DNA from: Bdellovibrionales bacterium
GTDB lineage: Bacteria > Bdellovibrionota > Bdellovibrionia > Bdellovibrionales > CAYMLA01
DNA length: 64,000 bases
NCBI GenBank assembly: GCA_965217115.1
Contig: OZ244239.1
Span: 1-64,000, forward strand
Direction of reading: 5' to 3'
Shown here: one piece after another, positions 39,075-50,344 of the stretch
How positions within the stretch are numbered: position 1 is the stretch's first letter
Layout of the letters: each line of letters opens with the position of its first letter
Made by a program: the position numbers and the translations under genes
The notes under the pieces: generated by a model
Seen by the model: only the letters and a program-made list of their open reading frames with translations
Databases searched by the model: none
What the model was told of the DNA's origin: nothing

Positions 39075-41105
39075 GTGAATAAAAAGCGTTTCCGTTTAAA
39101 ATCAGAGTTTTCTCCTGCCGGAGATCAGTCACAAGCCATTGAACAGTTGTCGAAGAATATTACAAATGGTCTTGAGCATCAAGTTCTGCTGGGGGTGACA
39201 GGTTCTGGTAAGACTTTTACCATGGCCAATGTTATTGAGGAGACACAACTCCCGGCATTGATATTAGCACCTAATAAGACTCTAGCGGCTCAGTTGTATG
39301 CCGAGTTTAAGGATCTGTTTCCTGACAATGCGGTGGAGTATTTTGTTTCCTATTATGATTATTATCAACCAGAGGCCTACCTTCCATCGACGGATACTTT
39401 TATTGAGAAGGATTCAGCTATTAATGAACAAATCGATCTTATGCGGCACTCGGCAACACGATCTTTATTTGAGCGCTCTGATGTTATTATTGTCAGTAGT
39501 GTGTCATGTATCTACGGTCTAGGAAGCCCCAAAGAATATGCCGACATGACCATTGAGCTAAAAAACAATGGGAAAGTTCGTCGAGATAGTTTTTTAAGAG
39601 AGTTAGTACAGATTCAATACAAGCGCAGTGATATAGATTTCCATCGAGGAACGTTTCGAGTTAGAGGAGACACGGTAGAGCTTTACCCAGCCTATGAAGA
39701 TCGTCGTTCACTGCGAATAGAGTTCTTTGGAGATTATATTGATAGAATTTCTTGGGTGGACCCATTGACGGGGCAAGTCGTCGATGAAGTCAAAGAGGTT
39801 GTGATCTATCCAGGAAGTCATCATGTTACGGGAAAGGAAAAACTAAAGATAGCTATTTCCACTATTCAAGAGGAGCTTCGACACCGTTTACAAGATTTAA
39901 ACAACAGTGCAAAATTATCTGAGGCACAGCGGTTGGAACAAAGAACCTATTATGACATTGAAATATTAGAGGAGATGGGCTTCTGCTCAGGTATTGAGAA
40001 TTATTCACGTCACTTGACAGGTCGTAGAGAGGGGCAGCCGCCACCGACGTTGTTAGATTATTTTCCTAAAGAGTTTATAACTGTTCTTGATGAAAGTCAT
40101 TTAATGGTTCCTCAATTGGGGGCTATGTATAGAGGGGATCGATCGCGTAAGACAACGTTGGTAGAACATGGTTTTCGCTTACCATCGGCTTTAGACAATC
40201 GGCCTTTGAATTTTTCTGAAGTTGAAGAGATGTTAGATAAAGTAGTTTACGTTTCTGCAACTCCTAGCGCCTATGAATTAGAAAAAAGTGAAGGTTTTGT
40301 TGTAGAGCAGTTAATTCGCCCGACAGGTCTTTTAGACCCAGTTGTCGAAGTGCGGCCAGCTCGGCATCAGGTGGATGATATTTTAAAGGAAGCCAGAATT
40401 AGGGTTGAGAGGAAAGAGAGGGTTCTAATAACAACTTTGACTAAAAAGAGTGCTGAGGATTTGACAGAGTATCTAGAATCATTGCAAGTGAAGGTGAAAT
40501 ACCTGCACAGTGATGTAAAAACGATGGAGCGTTCGGAAATTATTCGTGATCTACGTTTAGGAGTGTTTGATGTTCTTGTGGGAATTAACCTTTTACGAGA
40601 AGGGTTAGATATTCCAGAAGTGAGCTTGGTGGCAATCACCGATGCTGATAAAGAGGGCTTCTTGCGTTCGGAGAGATCTTTGATTCAGACGATAGGTCGT
40701 GCGGCACGAAATGTTGATGGTCGAGTGATTCTCTATGCTGATCGTGTGACGAATTCTATGGAGAGAGCCATGGATGAGACAGGCCGTCGTCGTCAGACTC
40801 AGGATGAATTTAATAAAAAAAATGGAATCATTCCACAGACGATTAAAAAATCTGTGCGTGATGGGTTGATGGAAATTTATCAGCAGGAGTATGAGAGTTT
40901 AGCCACAGGTGTGGATTCTTTAGTGGCAACATCAAGGGTTGAGTATTTAGCTTCTCCTGAAAAAATACCTAAAGAGATCGGTAAGCTGCGTAAAAAAATG
41001 GGAAAGTTAGCTGAAAAATTAGAGTTTGAGGAGGCGGCAAAGGTTCGTGATCAGATAAAGAGGCTGGAATTAATGGAGCTTGCTGGCTTTGAGGGGCGCT
41101 TGTAA
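39075..41105 (+). CDS. uvrB: Excinuclease ABC subunit B
   Basis: [34 protein letters not shown]; start GTG 39075 assumed (ORF open from 39033). Confidence 0.98.
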   Translation: MNKKRFRLKSEFSPAGDQSQAIEQLSKNITNGLEHQVLLGVTGSGKTFTMANVIEETQLPALILAPNKTLAAQLYAEFKDLFPDNAVEYFVSYYDYYQPEAYLPSTDTFIEKDSAINEQIDLMRHSATRSLFERSDVIIVSSVSCIYGLGSPKEYADMTIELKNNGKVRRDSFLRELVQIQYKRSDIDFHRGTFRVRGDTVELYPAYEDRRSLRIEFFGDYIDRISWVDPLTGQVVDEVKEVVIYPGSHHVTGKEKLKIAISTIQEELRHRLQDLNNSAKLSEAQRLEQRTYYDIEILEEMGFCSGIENYSRHLTGRREGQPPPTLLDYFPKEFITVLDESHLMVPQLGAMYRGDRSRKTTLVEHGFRLPSALDNRPLNFSEVEEMLDKVVYVSATPSAYELEKSEGFVVEQLIRPTGLLDPVVEVRPARHQVDDILKEARIRVERKERVLITTLTKKSAEDLTEYLESLQVKVKYLHSDVKTMERSEIIRDLRLGVFDVLVGINLLREGLDIPEVSLVAITDADKEGFLRSERSLIQTIGRAARNVDGRVILYADRVTNSMERAMDETGRRRQTQDEFNKKNGIIPQTIKKSVRDGLMEIYQQEYESLATGVDSLVATSRVEYLASPEKIPKEIGKLRKKMGKLAEKLEFEEAAKVRDQIKRLELMELAGFEGRL

Positions 41106-43060
41106 TGACTCAACGCAGAGAGGAGCTTCGTCAGAAGGTTAGAGAGTTCCCTCTCTCTTCAGGTGTATATCTGATGAAAAGTCGTAACGAGAAAATCATT
41201 TATATCGGGAAGGCAAAGAATTTGCGTCATCGAGTGAGAAGTTACCTCTCAGAGAGCAAGGACCAATCAACGAAAACTCAGTTTTTGGTGAAGAATATAT
41301 ACTTTATCGACTACATAATTACCAAAACTGAGGTGGAGGCTTTTTTATTAGAGGCTTCTTTAATAAAAAAACATCGTCCTCGTTATAATATTCGCTTAAA
41401 GGATGATAAGGGTTATCCTTATATTCGATTTTCTCTGTCCCATGATCATCCCCGTCTCTATTTGTCTCGAAAGGTTAGAAATGATGGAAGTTTATATTTT
41501 GGCCCCTATGCCAATGGTTATGCGGTGAGGGGGGTGATTAAATTTCTTAATAGTGTTTTTAAAATTCGTGATTGTCGAGACAGTCTCTTTAAAAACCGTG
41601 TGCGTCCTTGTTTGACTTATGAGATAGGTCGTTGCATGGCGCCTTGCATGACTCTCTGTACAACAGACAGTGGGGAGTTGGATAAAACCTCTTCAACCGA
41701 ATTTATTTCTAAAGAAGGTTATCTTCGAAATGTAGAAAGGGCATTGGTTTTCCTTAAAGGAGATACGGATCAAGTGATCCAGGAACTAATAAAGAGGATG
41801 AATGACTCCTCTGAGCAGGAACATTTTGAGTTAGCGGCTCGTTATAGGGACTCAGTGAAATCTATTGAAGCGATTTTAGAGAAGCAGTCTATTATTGATT
41901 TATCAGATAAGGTGAACAGGGATGTTATTGGCTTTTATAGTTATTCCGACCCCCATTCGAGCAGTTACGAGGCAGGTGCCGGAACCTTGATCACGACGCT
42001 TCATGTTCGTTCAGGAAGAGTTTTGGGTTTACGGTCCCACTATTTACCTGTTTTAGATGGAACTCGTGAGGACCCTCGCGATTGGTTGGTGTCATTTATA
42101 AATCAATACTATGAAGATAATATTATACCCAAAGAAATTTTATTGCCTGTGGATTTAGGTAGGGACTTATTTTTGCTCTTACAGAATGTTCTCTTTGAAA
42201 GATGCCAGAGAGAAGTTAAGGTCGGTTTTCCCACTCGGGGGATAGGACAAGACTTATTACTAATGGCCAATGAGAATGCAAAAAGTCGTTACGAAGATTA
42301 CGTCAACAAGTCTCGAAAAAAATTAGAAGCGTTAGAATTGATACGCAAAAAATTTCATTTAAAAGAGTTGCCCATACGGATTGAATGTTTTGATATCTCC
42401 CATTTTCAAGGAAGTGAGACGGTGGCTAGTCAGGTGGTCTTTGAAGAGGGTGTGCCGAGTAAAGATCACTATCGCCGTTATCGTTTGAGAACAGTTGAGG
42501 GTATTGATGATTATAAGTCCATGGAAGAGGTTTTAAGAAGACGTTTTAAACACACAGATTATGATGACCCTCAGTTATTGGTGGTTGATGGTGGAAAGGG
42601 ACAATTATCTGTGGCAGTAAAAATTTTAAAAGAAATAGGGCAACAGGAAGTACCTGTTGTGGGCTTGGCTAAGGCACGGGTAGAGAGGGGCTTTCAAACG
42701 ACAGAGGTGAAGGGGACACAGGAGAGATTTTTTCTCCCAGGGCGTCAAAATCCTGTGGTGTTCTCTGAAAACTCCACCGCTTTTCAAATTTTGGTGGGTA
42801 TTCGTGATGAGGCCCATCGTTTTGCTGTGGCTTATCATCGCCGATTGCGTGAAAGCAGTAGCTTAGAGAGTGAATTGGATGTAATTTCTGGTTTGGGAGA
42901 AAAAAGAAAAAAGATCCTTCTTGAAAAATTTAATTCAGTGGAGGAACTTAAGCAGGCTGATGTGGAGGCGATTGAATCTTTGTCGAGTTTTAATAGGAGA
43001 TTGGCTGAACATGTCTTAGGGTGTTTGCATGAGACTCAAGAGTCCAAAGAGCAGGTCTAA
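41105..43060 (+). CDS. uvrC: Excinuclease ABC subunit C
   Basis: GVY..YIGKA (GIY-YIG), RIECFDISH, DGGKGQ, RDEAHRFA, HhH. Confidence 0.98.
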   Translation: MTQRREELRQKVREFPLSSGVYLMKSRNEKIIYIGKAKNLRHRVRSYLSESKDQSTKTQFLVKNIYFIDYIITKTEVEAFLLEASLIKKHRPRYNIRLKDDKGYPYIRFSLSHDHPRLYLSRKVRNDGSLYFGPYANGYAVRGVIKFLNSVFKIRDCRDSLFKNRVRPCLTYEIGRCMAPCMTLCTTDSGELDKTSSTEFISKEGYLRNVERALVFLKGDTDQVIQELIKRMNDSSEQEHFELAARYRDSVKSIEAILEKQSIIDLSDKVNRDVIGFYSYSDPHSSSYEAGAGTLITTLHVRSGRVLGLRSHYLPVLDGTREDPRDWLVSFINQYYEDNIIPKEILLPVDLGRDLFLLLQNVLFERCQREVKVGFPTRGIGQDLLLMANENAKSRYEDYVNKSRKKLEALELIRKKFHLKELPIRIECFDISHFQGSETVASQVVFEEGVPSKDHYRRYRLRTVEGIDDYKSMEEVLRRRFKHTDYDDPQLLVVDGGKGQLSVAVKILKEIGQQEVPVVGLAKARVERGFQTTEVKGTQERFFLPGRQNPVVFSENSTAFQILVGIRDEAHRFAVAYHRRLRESSSLESELDVISGLGEKRKKILLEKFNSVEELKQADVEAIESLSSFNRRLAEHVLGCLHETQESKEQV

Positions 43061-43075
43061 ATGGAGAGAATCTAG

Positions 43076-44092
43076 ATGGATAAAGAGGTCTTAAAAACTT
43101 TATCTCAAACATGGATATCGGGGGAAGAGAATTATGTTCTCTTTGAAAAATCTTTAACTCGATATATAAGGCCTTCTTCAGAAAAAGTAAAATACCCCAC
43201 TGGAATGATAGTTCAAGATGGGGAGTTAAAGGTGTCCATCTCATCTTGTACTGGTAGAAGTCTATATCTCTGGCAGAAAAAAAATAAAGTTCCATTTATT
43301 GAAGCTAAATTATGTGTGTTATATCAGCTGTCTTTAGCCTTAAGAGAGTTGGGTGAGAATTCCCTTGTCCATGGAAATTTGAACCCTGAGCTAGTGAATA
43401 TTTCAGATGAGGGTTATTTGTCGATTGTTGAACCAGGGCTGATATTGTCTTTAAGTGAAGTGATAGAAAAGGAGGATGTGTTTGGAGCCCATGATTATTT
43501 GGCACCAGAGGTATTGTCTTCTAAAGCCTATTCCCAGAAATCGGATATGTATTCTTTTGGAGTATTGGCCTATGAGCTTCTTACGGGGAGATATCCACAG
43601 CAAGAGAAGCTGGATGCACAGAGCCTATGTTCATATATCCCAGATAAGTTAAACTTGTTGATTATGAGTTGTCTAAAAGAGAGTCCTAATGAACGTTTTG
43701 ATTGTGAAAAAGTGGTAAAAGAGTTGAGAGAGTTAATGAAAAGCTATGATTTTTTGGAGAAAAAGAATCTCTTCTCTCGAAGGAAAATAGATGATGAAGA
43801 ATTACAAAGGTTTTCTTCATTAAAGAAAAAGACTCTTTTGGGAGGAATAGAGACATGCTTAAGTTATCTAGATAGATATGGGGAGGGGCGTTCGGAACAG
43901 GATCGGTTGTATGTTCTTCTGACTGAATACAAGGATGTCTTTTCTGTGGACAGCGAACTGGAGAAAATTTATGAGCGTTTGGAATTAAAGCATTTAAATC
44001 AAGGTCATTTTATTAAGAGACAGAGGCTACGGAGGCTGTTTGTTTTTCTTGTTGGTTTAGTTTTCGCATTTGCATTGTATTATTTTTCGTGA
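43076..44092 (+). CDS. Protein kinase-fold protein, probable pseudokinase, with C-terminal membrane anchor
   Basis: YLAPE and SDMYSFGVLAYELLTGRYP retained; HGNLNPE replaces HRDLKPxN and EPG replaces DFG. Confidence 0.8.
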   Translation: MDKEVLKTLSQTWISGEENYVLFEKSLTRYIRPSSEKVKYPTGMIVQDGELKVSISSCTGRSLYLWQKKNKVPFIEAKLCVLYQLSLALRELGENSLVHGNLNPELVNISDEGYLSIVEPGLILSLSEVIEKEDVFGAHDYLAPEVLSSKAYSQKSDMYSFGVLAYELLTGRYPQQEKLDAQSLCSYIPDKLNLLIMSCLKESPNERFDCEKVVKELRELMKSYDFLEKKNLFSRRKIDDEELQRFSSLKKKTLLGGIETCLSYLDRYGEGRSEQDRLYVLLTEYKDVFSVDSELEKIYERLELKHLNQGHFIKRQRLRRLFVFLVGLVFAFALYYFS

Positions 44093-44374
44093 TGGTGCTG
44101 CAAATTCTGAAAAACCCATAGTGGCCTCTAACAAGAGGCTTTGTCATTCCTATTTAGGAACTCCTTGTGCAGCAGGGCAACATTGGTATGCGTCATTTTA
44201 ACTGAATGGTCTAGTAAGCTTTAAGAGGGGCATCGGCTATCTATCAAATTAAAGGGAAATGGTATTATATTGTTATTTCCAAGACCTCTATGAATTAAAA
44301 GTTAAAAAAGGGACAAAACCATATTAAGCTAGCATAGAAAAATATCTTTTATATATTTATTATGGGAAGTCGAG

Positions 44375-46282
44375 ATGATGATGAGGTTTATTTGTATTTT
44401 ATTTCTTTCTTTTTTTCTAGGTAATCAAGCCTTTTCTAAATGCCGTGTCCATATTGGTGATCTCAATTGGGATAGCTCAAACATACATACGGCCGTGGTG
44501 GGTTATCTCCTTAAGCATGGTTATGATTGTGAGGTTAAAAAAACTTATGGAGCGACATTGCCCATTTACAGTGCATGGTACGCTGGCAATGTGGATCTTA
44601 TTATGGAGATCTGGTATGCCAATTTAAAAGCCCCTGTTGATAAAGCTTTGGCAACAAAGAAGGTTCAGTTTGCAGGTGAAGCGACAAGAGATCCTTTACA
44701 GGCATGGTTTATTCCTAAATATTTGCAGGAGCAATATCCTGATCTGCAATCGGTGGAAGATCTGAAGCGTTATCGCCATTTATTTCAGAGTCCCCTAGAT
44801 AAAGAGAAGGGGCGGTTTTATAACTGTGTGGCTGGTTGGGGCTGCACGATTATTAATACCATTAAACTCCAAGCCTATGGATTGAATGAATACTATGAAG
44901 ACTTCATTCCAGGCAGCGGGGGGGCTTTATCAGCGGCCTTTAAATCGGCTTATACCCAAAAGCAACCCATTGTTGGTTACTATTGGGGGCCAACGTTGTT
45001 AATGAGTGAAATAGAGTTAGTGGCTCTGAAAGAGCCAGAATACAAGAAAAACATATGGTCGAAAATGTTGGAAGACAATTTTGAATTGGTCAAAAAAAAT
45101 GGTGGAGCGGGTATTAAGAATAAAAAAATCCAAGCAACTGAGTACCCCCCAATTCCTCTTTATATTGGTGTAACAACAAAGTGGGCTAAGGAAAACCCAC
45201 GATTGATGGCTTTTTTGGGTAAATATCACATAGATTCAGAAACTTTATCAAAGTATAGCAATTATTTAAGATACGAAGAGGGAGGAGATTTAGAAAAAAC
45301 AGCTATTCGATTTTTAAAGGGCAACACTCAATGGCAGGGATGGTTGCCTGCTGCTGAAGCTGATAAAGTAAAAAAATCTTTGAATTTATTAGGTGGGCTA
45401 GATACAGGAAAAGACAGTTTATGGTGGGACAAGAACCCAATTAATATTGATTTTGTAGAGCCAACGAACCAATTTATAGATGAGTTGTTAAAACGTTACG
45501 GCCATATTTTGAATGCGTTCTCAAAGAATATGACTCATGCTATAATATTAGTCGGGAAATTCCTGTCATGGCTGCCCTGGTCAGTGTTCCTATTAAGCTT
45601 GTTTCTTATATCTTATCTTTTTAGCCGTTCTTGGCGAATGACATCTATGGTTACGTTAAGCACTTTTTTGTTAGCATCTCTAGGTGAAAACCTATGGCTA
45701 GAGGCCATGCAAACACTTTCACTAATGCTTATATCTGTTCTTATATCTCTCGTGATTGGAATTCCGTTGGGGATTATTTCAGCAAAGAGCAAAAGAATAA
45801 GCAGTTATTTAAAACCAGCTTTAGATTTTATGCAGACGATGCCAAGTTTTGTTTATTTAGTTCCTGCGATTATGTTATTTGGATTAGGAGAAGTGCCAGC
45901 GGTATTTGCGACATTAGTTTATGCAATTCCTCCTTTGATTCGTTTAACAGAATTAGGTATTAGAGAGATTGACAAAGAAATCATTGAAGTGACAGAGGCA
46001 TTTGGTGATTCATTTTTTCATAAATTATTCTTTGTCGAAATACCTTTAGCCCTGCCAAGTATTATGCAAGGGATTAATCAAATGACAATGATGGCACTAT
46101 CTATGGTTGTGATTGCCTCGATGATTGGAGCGCCAGGATTGGGTAAAACTGTCTTGGTGGGTATGCAACAATTAAATGTAGGATTAGCTTTACAGGCGGG
46201 AGTTGCGATTGTTTTATTAGCAATTATTTTAGATCGAATTATACAGGCGATAGGTCAGAGATTTGGAGGGGAGAGTGAATAA
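44375..46282 (+). CDS. Fused glycine betaine/proline ABC substrate-binding protein and permease (ProX-ProW-like)
   Basis: N-terminal LNWDS, MEIW, CVAGWGC, GYYWGP; C-terminal LDFMQTMPSFVYLVP, ALSMVVIASMIGAPGLG. Confidence 0.92.
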   Translation: MMMRFICILFLSFFLGNQAFSKCRVHIGDLNWDSSNIHTAVVGYLLKHGYDCEVKKTYGATLPIYSAWYAGNVDLIMEIWYANLKAPVDKALATKKVQFAGEATRDPLQAWFIPKYLQEQYPDLQSVEDLKRYRHLFQSPLDKEKGRFYNCVAGWGCTIINTIKLQAYGLNEYYEDFIPGSGGALSAAFKSAYTQKQPIVGYYWGPTLLMSEIELVALKEPEYKKNIWSKMLEDNFELVKKNGGAGIKNKKIQATEYPPIPLYIGVTTKWAKENPRLMAFLGKYHIDSETLSKYSNYLRYEEGGDLEKTAIRFLKGNTQWQGWLPAAEADKVKKSLNLLGGLDTGKDSLWWDKNPINIDFVEPTNQFIDELLKRYGHILNAFSKNMTHAIILVGKFLSWLPWSVFLLSLFLISYLFSRSWRMTSMVTLSTFLLASLGENLWLEAMQTLSLMLISVLISLVIGIPLGIISAKSKRISSYLKPALDFMQTMPSFVYLVPAIMLFGLGEVPAVFATLVYAIPPLIRLTELGIREIDKEIIEVTEAFGDSFFHKLFFVEIPLALPSIMQGINQMTMMALSMVVIASMIGAPGLGKTVLVGMQQLNVGLALQAGVAIVLLAIILDRIIQAIGQRFGGESE

Positions 46283-47084
46283 TATTATTATAGAGAATAC
46301 TTACCAATGTTACGGCCCCATTAAAGGGCATTTAGAAGCGATGAAGATGGCCGATGAAGGTCAGAGTAAGTCAGAAATTTTAAAGAAAACAAAATGTACT
46401 CTAGCTCTTAATAATTTGGATTTGTTTTTTGGGCCAGAAAAAATTTCCGTAGTCATGGGATTATCTGGTTGTGGAAAATCAACTTTGGTTCGTTTGATTA
46501 ATGGGTTGATTTCACCGACTCGGGGTAGGATACAAGTTGGGGATTTTGTGGTTAATCATCTGAGTAAACAGGAGTTGAGAGATTATCGTAAAAGTGAAGT
46601 GAGCATGGTGTTTCAGAATTTTGGTTTATTTCCCCATAAAACAGTATTAGAGAATGTTTGCTATGGTTTGTTTGTACAAGATTCAAAAGTAAAAAATGCA
46701 GAGATGAGAGCGATGAGAACCATTGAGAGGGTTGGCTTGGGAGGTTATGAGAAGCACTATCCACGGGAGTTGTCTGGAGGTATGAAACAAAGGGTTGGAT
46801 TAGCCCGAGCTTTGGCCGTGGAGACGCCCATTGTCTTGATGGATGAGGCCTTTAGCGCTCTGGACCCTTTGATTCGCTCGCAATTACAAGATGAATTATT
46901 AAAATTACAAGAAGAACAGAAAAAAACTATTATTTTCGTAAGTCACGATATTAGGGAAGCAATGAAAATTGGAGACAGCATTGCTATCTTAAAAGAAGGA
47001 GCCGTTGTGCAGTACGACACCCCTGAGCATATTCGTCAATCACCTGCAGATGAGTATGTGAGCCAATTCTTTGAATCTGTCTAG
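46275..47084 (+). CDS. proV: Glycine betaine/proline ABC transporter ATP-binding subunit (no CBS domains)
   Basis: GLSGCGKS, LSGGMKQR, MDEAFSALDPLIR; GTG start after GGAGG. Confidence 0.9.
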   Translation: MNNIIIENTYQCYGPIKGHLEAMKMADEGQSKSEILKKTKCTLALNNLDLFFGPEKISVVMGLSGCGKSTLVRLINGLISPTRGRIQVGDFVVNHLSKQELRDYRKSEVSMVFQNFGLFPHKTVLENVCYGLFVQDSKVKNAEMRAMRTIERVGLGGYEKHYPRELSGGMKQRVGLARALAVETPIVLMDEAFSALDPLIRSQLQDELLKLQEEQKKTIIFVSHDIREAMKIGDSIAILKEGAVVQYDTPEHIRQSPADEYVSQFFESV

Positions 47085-47096
47085 TAGAGCAGCCCA

Positions 47097-48482
47097 TCAG
47101 TTTTGCAGTTTGTGTGGAAGCCAAGTGCTAAGCTCTGGAAAGAACCAAATCAGGAGCATGATCATTAGCTGTATACCAATGAAGGGAATGACACCACGGT
47201 AGATCTGTCGAGTCGAGATTTTTTTGGGAGCGACGCCTCTTAGATAGAAGAGAGAAAAACCGAAGGGAGGCGTAAGGAAGGAAGTTTGCAAGTTTAAGGC
47301 AATCATAACTCCTAACCAGATAGGGTCAAAACCCATTGTTAAGAGTATAGGAGCCACAATGGGTACAACGACGAAAGTGATCTCAAAGAAATCGAGAAAA
47401 AACCCTAGAAGAAATATAACCAACATAACAATGAAGAAGTAAGTTCCCGTGTTTCCTTCAGCAGAGTGTAGAAAACCTCGTATAAGTTCATCGCCATTGT
47501 AGCCACGAAACACAAGAGAGAAGATTCCTGCACAAATGAGAATGGTGAAGACCATAGAGCTAATCTCAGTTGTTTTCTCCATGATTTCTTTAAGGTTCTT
47601 TTTAGAGAGCTTCTTTTTTGTCATTGCAAGAATAAGTGCCCCCACAGAACCCACAGATGCTGCCTCTGTGGGGGTTGCAACACCTCCGAGGATAGAGCCT
47701 AGTACACCGATAATAAGCAAAATAGGAGGTGTTAATACGAAAACAAGCCGCTTAATAAGTTCTTTTTGTGAAATTTCTTGTCTCTCTTTTAAAGGAATAG
47801 CGGGGACACGACTGGGTTTTAACCAAGCAATCAAGAGAATATAAATCATGTAGCAGAGCATGAGTAGACTACCTGGAATAATAGCTCCAACAAAGAGATC
47901 TCCTACAGATACAGAAGAGGGGGAGAAATTACCCATAGATAATTGAGCTTGTTGATAGGCTGAGCTAATGACATCCCCGAGCACGATAAGAACAATGCTA
48001 GGAGGAATAATTTGTCCTAGGGTGCCGGAGGCACAAATGATCCCCGTGGACAGAGAGGGGTCGTAGTTTCTTTTAAGCATTGTTGGTAGAGAGATTAAAC
48101 CCATAGTGACAACGGTGGCACCGACAATACCAGTAGAAGCAGCAAGGAGGCCACCAACCAGACACACTGAAAGGCCTAAGCCTCCGCGAACTCCCCCAAA
48201 ACACAGAGCCATTGTATCGAGTAGTTCTTCTGAAATTTTTGATTTTTCGAGAACAATACCCATGAAAACAAAGAGAGGAACTGCGATAAGTATCTGATTA
48301 TTCATGATACCGAAGATCCTCTCAGGTAGAGCAGAGAGAAAGGCGGCATCAAAGTGCCCCGTTAATAAACCTATGCCAGCAAAGAGAAGTGATGAGCCCG
48401 ATAGACAAAATGCAACGGGATAACCTGAGAGCAAGAAGATAAGAGTCACAAAAAACATGATCAATGGAAGAGAATCAATCAT
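47097..48482 (-). CDS. dctM: TRAP transporter large permease
   Basis: AVPLFVFMG, GTLGQIIPPSI, TPTEAA, LTPPFG. Confidence 0.95.
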   Translation of the reverse strand: MIDSLPLIMFFVTLIFLLSGYPVAFCLSGSSLLFAGIGLLTGHFDAAFLSALPERIFGIMNNQILIAVPLFVFMGIVLEKSKISEELLDTMALCFGGVRGGLGLSVCLVGGLLAASTGIVGATVVTMGLISLPTMLKRNYDPSLSTGIICASGTLGQIIPPSIVLIVLGDVISSAYQQAQLSMGNFSPSSVSVGDLFVGAIIPGSLLMLCYMIYILLIAWLKPSRVPAIPLKERQEISQKELIKRLVFVLTPPILLIIGVLGSILGGVATPTEAASVGSVGALILAMTKKKLSKKNLKEIMEKTTEISSMVFTILICAGIFSLVFRGYNGDELIRGFLHSAEGNTGTYFFIVMLVIFLLGFFLDFFEITFVVVPIVAPILLTMGFDPIWLGVMIALNLQTSFLTPPFGFSLFYLRGVAPKKISTRQIYRGVIPFIGIQLMIMLLIWFFPELSTWLPHKLQN

Positions 48483-49000
48483 TTTGTTCCATGACCTACA
48501 TCTGAGAGTTGCTTTAAATTCTCCGTGTTGATGATTAATTGCACAGTTCCTTGAAGTATAAACATAATAGGAAAGACAAGGAGAAATGACTTTAAGAGGA
48601 ACACAGCAGGGATGCCATCATCAGTAGAAGTTTCTAGGAATTTCCAGGAATCAATAACATAGGGGTAACTTTGAAATATAATAAGGATGCAGGTAGGGAA
48701 TAAGAATAAAATAGTTCCTAGAATTTCAATAACGCATTTTGTTTTTATGGATAAATGATTATTTAAAATATCGACACGCACATGTTGATTCTTGTAGAGT
48801 GCGTAGCTGGCGCCCACAAGAAAAATCATCGAATGCATGTAATTGAGAGATTCTTGTAACCACACCCAACCGATATTAAAAACATAACGGAGAATAACAA
48901 TAAAAAATGTTGTTAAGACCATGAACAGAGTCAGCCAAGAGATCGTCTTGTGAAGATAGCAGTCTATTTTTAAAAGATTTTTTTTTAAAGAGTTCATCAC
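48479..49000 (-). CDS. dctQ: TRAP transporter small permease
   Basis: VILRYVFN, HVRVDI, four TM segments. Confidence 0.93.
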   Translation of the reverse strand: MMNSLKKNLLKIDCYLHKTISWLTLFMVLTTFFIVILRYVFNIGWVWLQESLNYMHSMIFLVGASYALYKNQHVRVDILNNHLSIKTKCVIEILGTILFLFPTCILIIFQSYPYVIDSWKFLETSTDDGIPAVFLLKSFLLVFPIMFILQGTVQLIINTENLKQLSDVGHGTK

Positions 49001-49007
49001 GAAGAGA

Positions 49008-50096
49008 TTAAGAGAGTGTTAATTGCCTGGCAAGAAGATAACCTTCCTCTGTGATTCGGCTATAGTTTATTGATTGCTTGCGGAATTGTTCAAAAGAGTT
49101 GTAGATTTTTTGGCTTAAGGGGTCTTTCTGTGCAACCTGTGACACGACGTCTCTTGAAGTTTTTTCAAGGGTCTTTAAAACGCTATCAGGAAATTTTTTA
49201 AGAACAACCTTATGCTTTGTAACAAGCGTTTTAAGGGAGACACTATTAAGGGCTGTGAATTCAGACATAATATCGTCATTGCTGGCCTTGCAGGCTTCTT
49301 TGACAATGTGTTGCAAGTCTTTAGGCAGCTTATTATAGGCTTTTAGATTAACCATTCCTTCAAGAACAGCGCCTGGTTCGTGCCAGCCAGGCCAGTAATA
49401 GAATTTAGCTGTTTTATGAAAGCCAAAGGCAAGATCGTTATAAGGGCCAATCCATTCAGCAGCATCAATAGCACCTGATTTCATAGATTGAAATAGTTCT
49501 CCGCCTGGGATGGTGACAACAGTGGCCCCTTGTTTTTTAAGGACTTCTCCCCCTAGACCAGACATGCGAATCTTTAAACCTTTAAAATCCTTTATGGAAT
49601 TAATTTCTTTGTTGAACCAACCGCCCATTTGCACGCCGCTATTACCTGCAGCAAAGCTCTTGAGTCCAAACTGTGAATAGAGTTCATCCCAGAGTTGTTG
49701 TCCGCCACCATGATTAAGCCACGCATTTATTTCTAGAGCATTTAAGCCAAAAGGGATGGTGGTGAAAAAATTTGTGGCGGGATGTTTTCCTTTCCAATAA
49801 TAGGCAGCTGCATGCCCCATTTCAGCAGTGCCCCGCTTAACAGCATCAAATACTCCAAGGGCAGGGACGAGTTCACCTGCTCCAAAGACTTTGATTTTCA
49901 AACGTCCACTGGACATTTGGTTAATTCTTTTGGCTAGATTATTAGCGCCAATGCCTACGCCAGGAAAATTTTTGGGCCAAGCAGTGACCATCTTCCATTG
50001 GTATTTTTTTTCAGAGGCAATAACATGGGATGGAACCATAGCGGTCGTTCCCACAAGTGCGGCATTCTTTATAAAGCGACGTTTTGTCTTGTCCAT
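49008..50096 (-). CDS. dctP: TRAP substrate-binding protein (TakP-like, Tat signal)
   Basis: KRRFIK twin-arginine signal; WKMVTAWP, QMGGWFNKEI, YYWPGWHEPG. Confidence 0.93.
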   Translation of the reverse strand: MDKTKRRFIKNAALVGTTAMVPSHVIASEKKYQWKMVTAWPKNFPGVGIGANNLAKRINQMSSGRLKIKVFGAGELVPALGVFDAVKRGTAEMGHAAAYYWKGKHPATNFFTTIPFGLNALEINAWLNHGGGQQLWDELYSQFGLKSFAAGNSGVQMGGWFNKEINSIKDFKGLKIRMSGLGGEVLKKQGATVVTIPGGELFQSMKSGAIDAAEWIGPYNDLAFGFHKTAKFYYWPGWHEPGAVLEGMVNLKAYNKLPKDLQHIVKEACKASNDDIMSEFTALNSVSLKTLVTKHKVVLKKFPDSVLKTLEKTSRDVVSQVAQKDPLSQKIYNSFEQFRKQSINYSRITEEGYLLARQLTLS

Positions 50097-50265
50097 AGCT
50101 ATAATAGTCCCCAGAGTTTAGTGAAATAAGGTTATTATACAGTTTACGTAGTTTATTGATAATATTTTATTAAAATTATCGTGATGTCTCGTAAACAACG
50201 CTACGGGTCGTAGAAAAAACAACTAAAAATGCCAGTGAGTGTTGTCTATCGTTTTAATGCGAGAG

Positions 50266-50314
50266 ATAAAACATAGAAATAAAGTATAGAAATAAAACAT
50301 AGAAATAAAGATAG
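50266..50314. repeat. Short tandem repeat, about 4x 13 bp ATAAAACATAGAA
   Basis: ataaaacatagaa ataaagtatagaa ataaaacatagaa ataaagatag in a divergent promoter region. Confidence 0.8.
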
Positions 50315-50344
50315 TTAATTAAAATAGATCAATAGGGAAGAATC

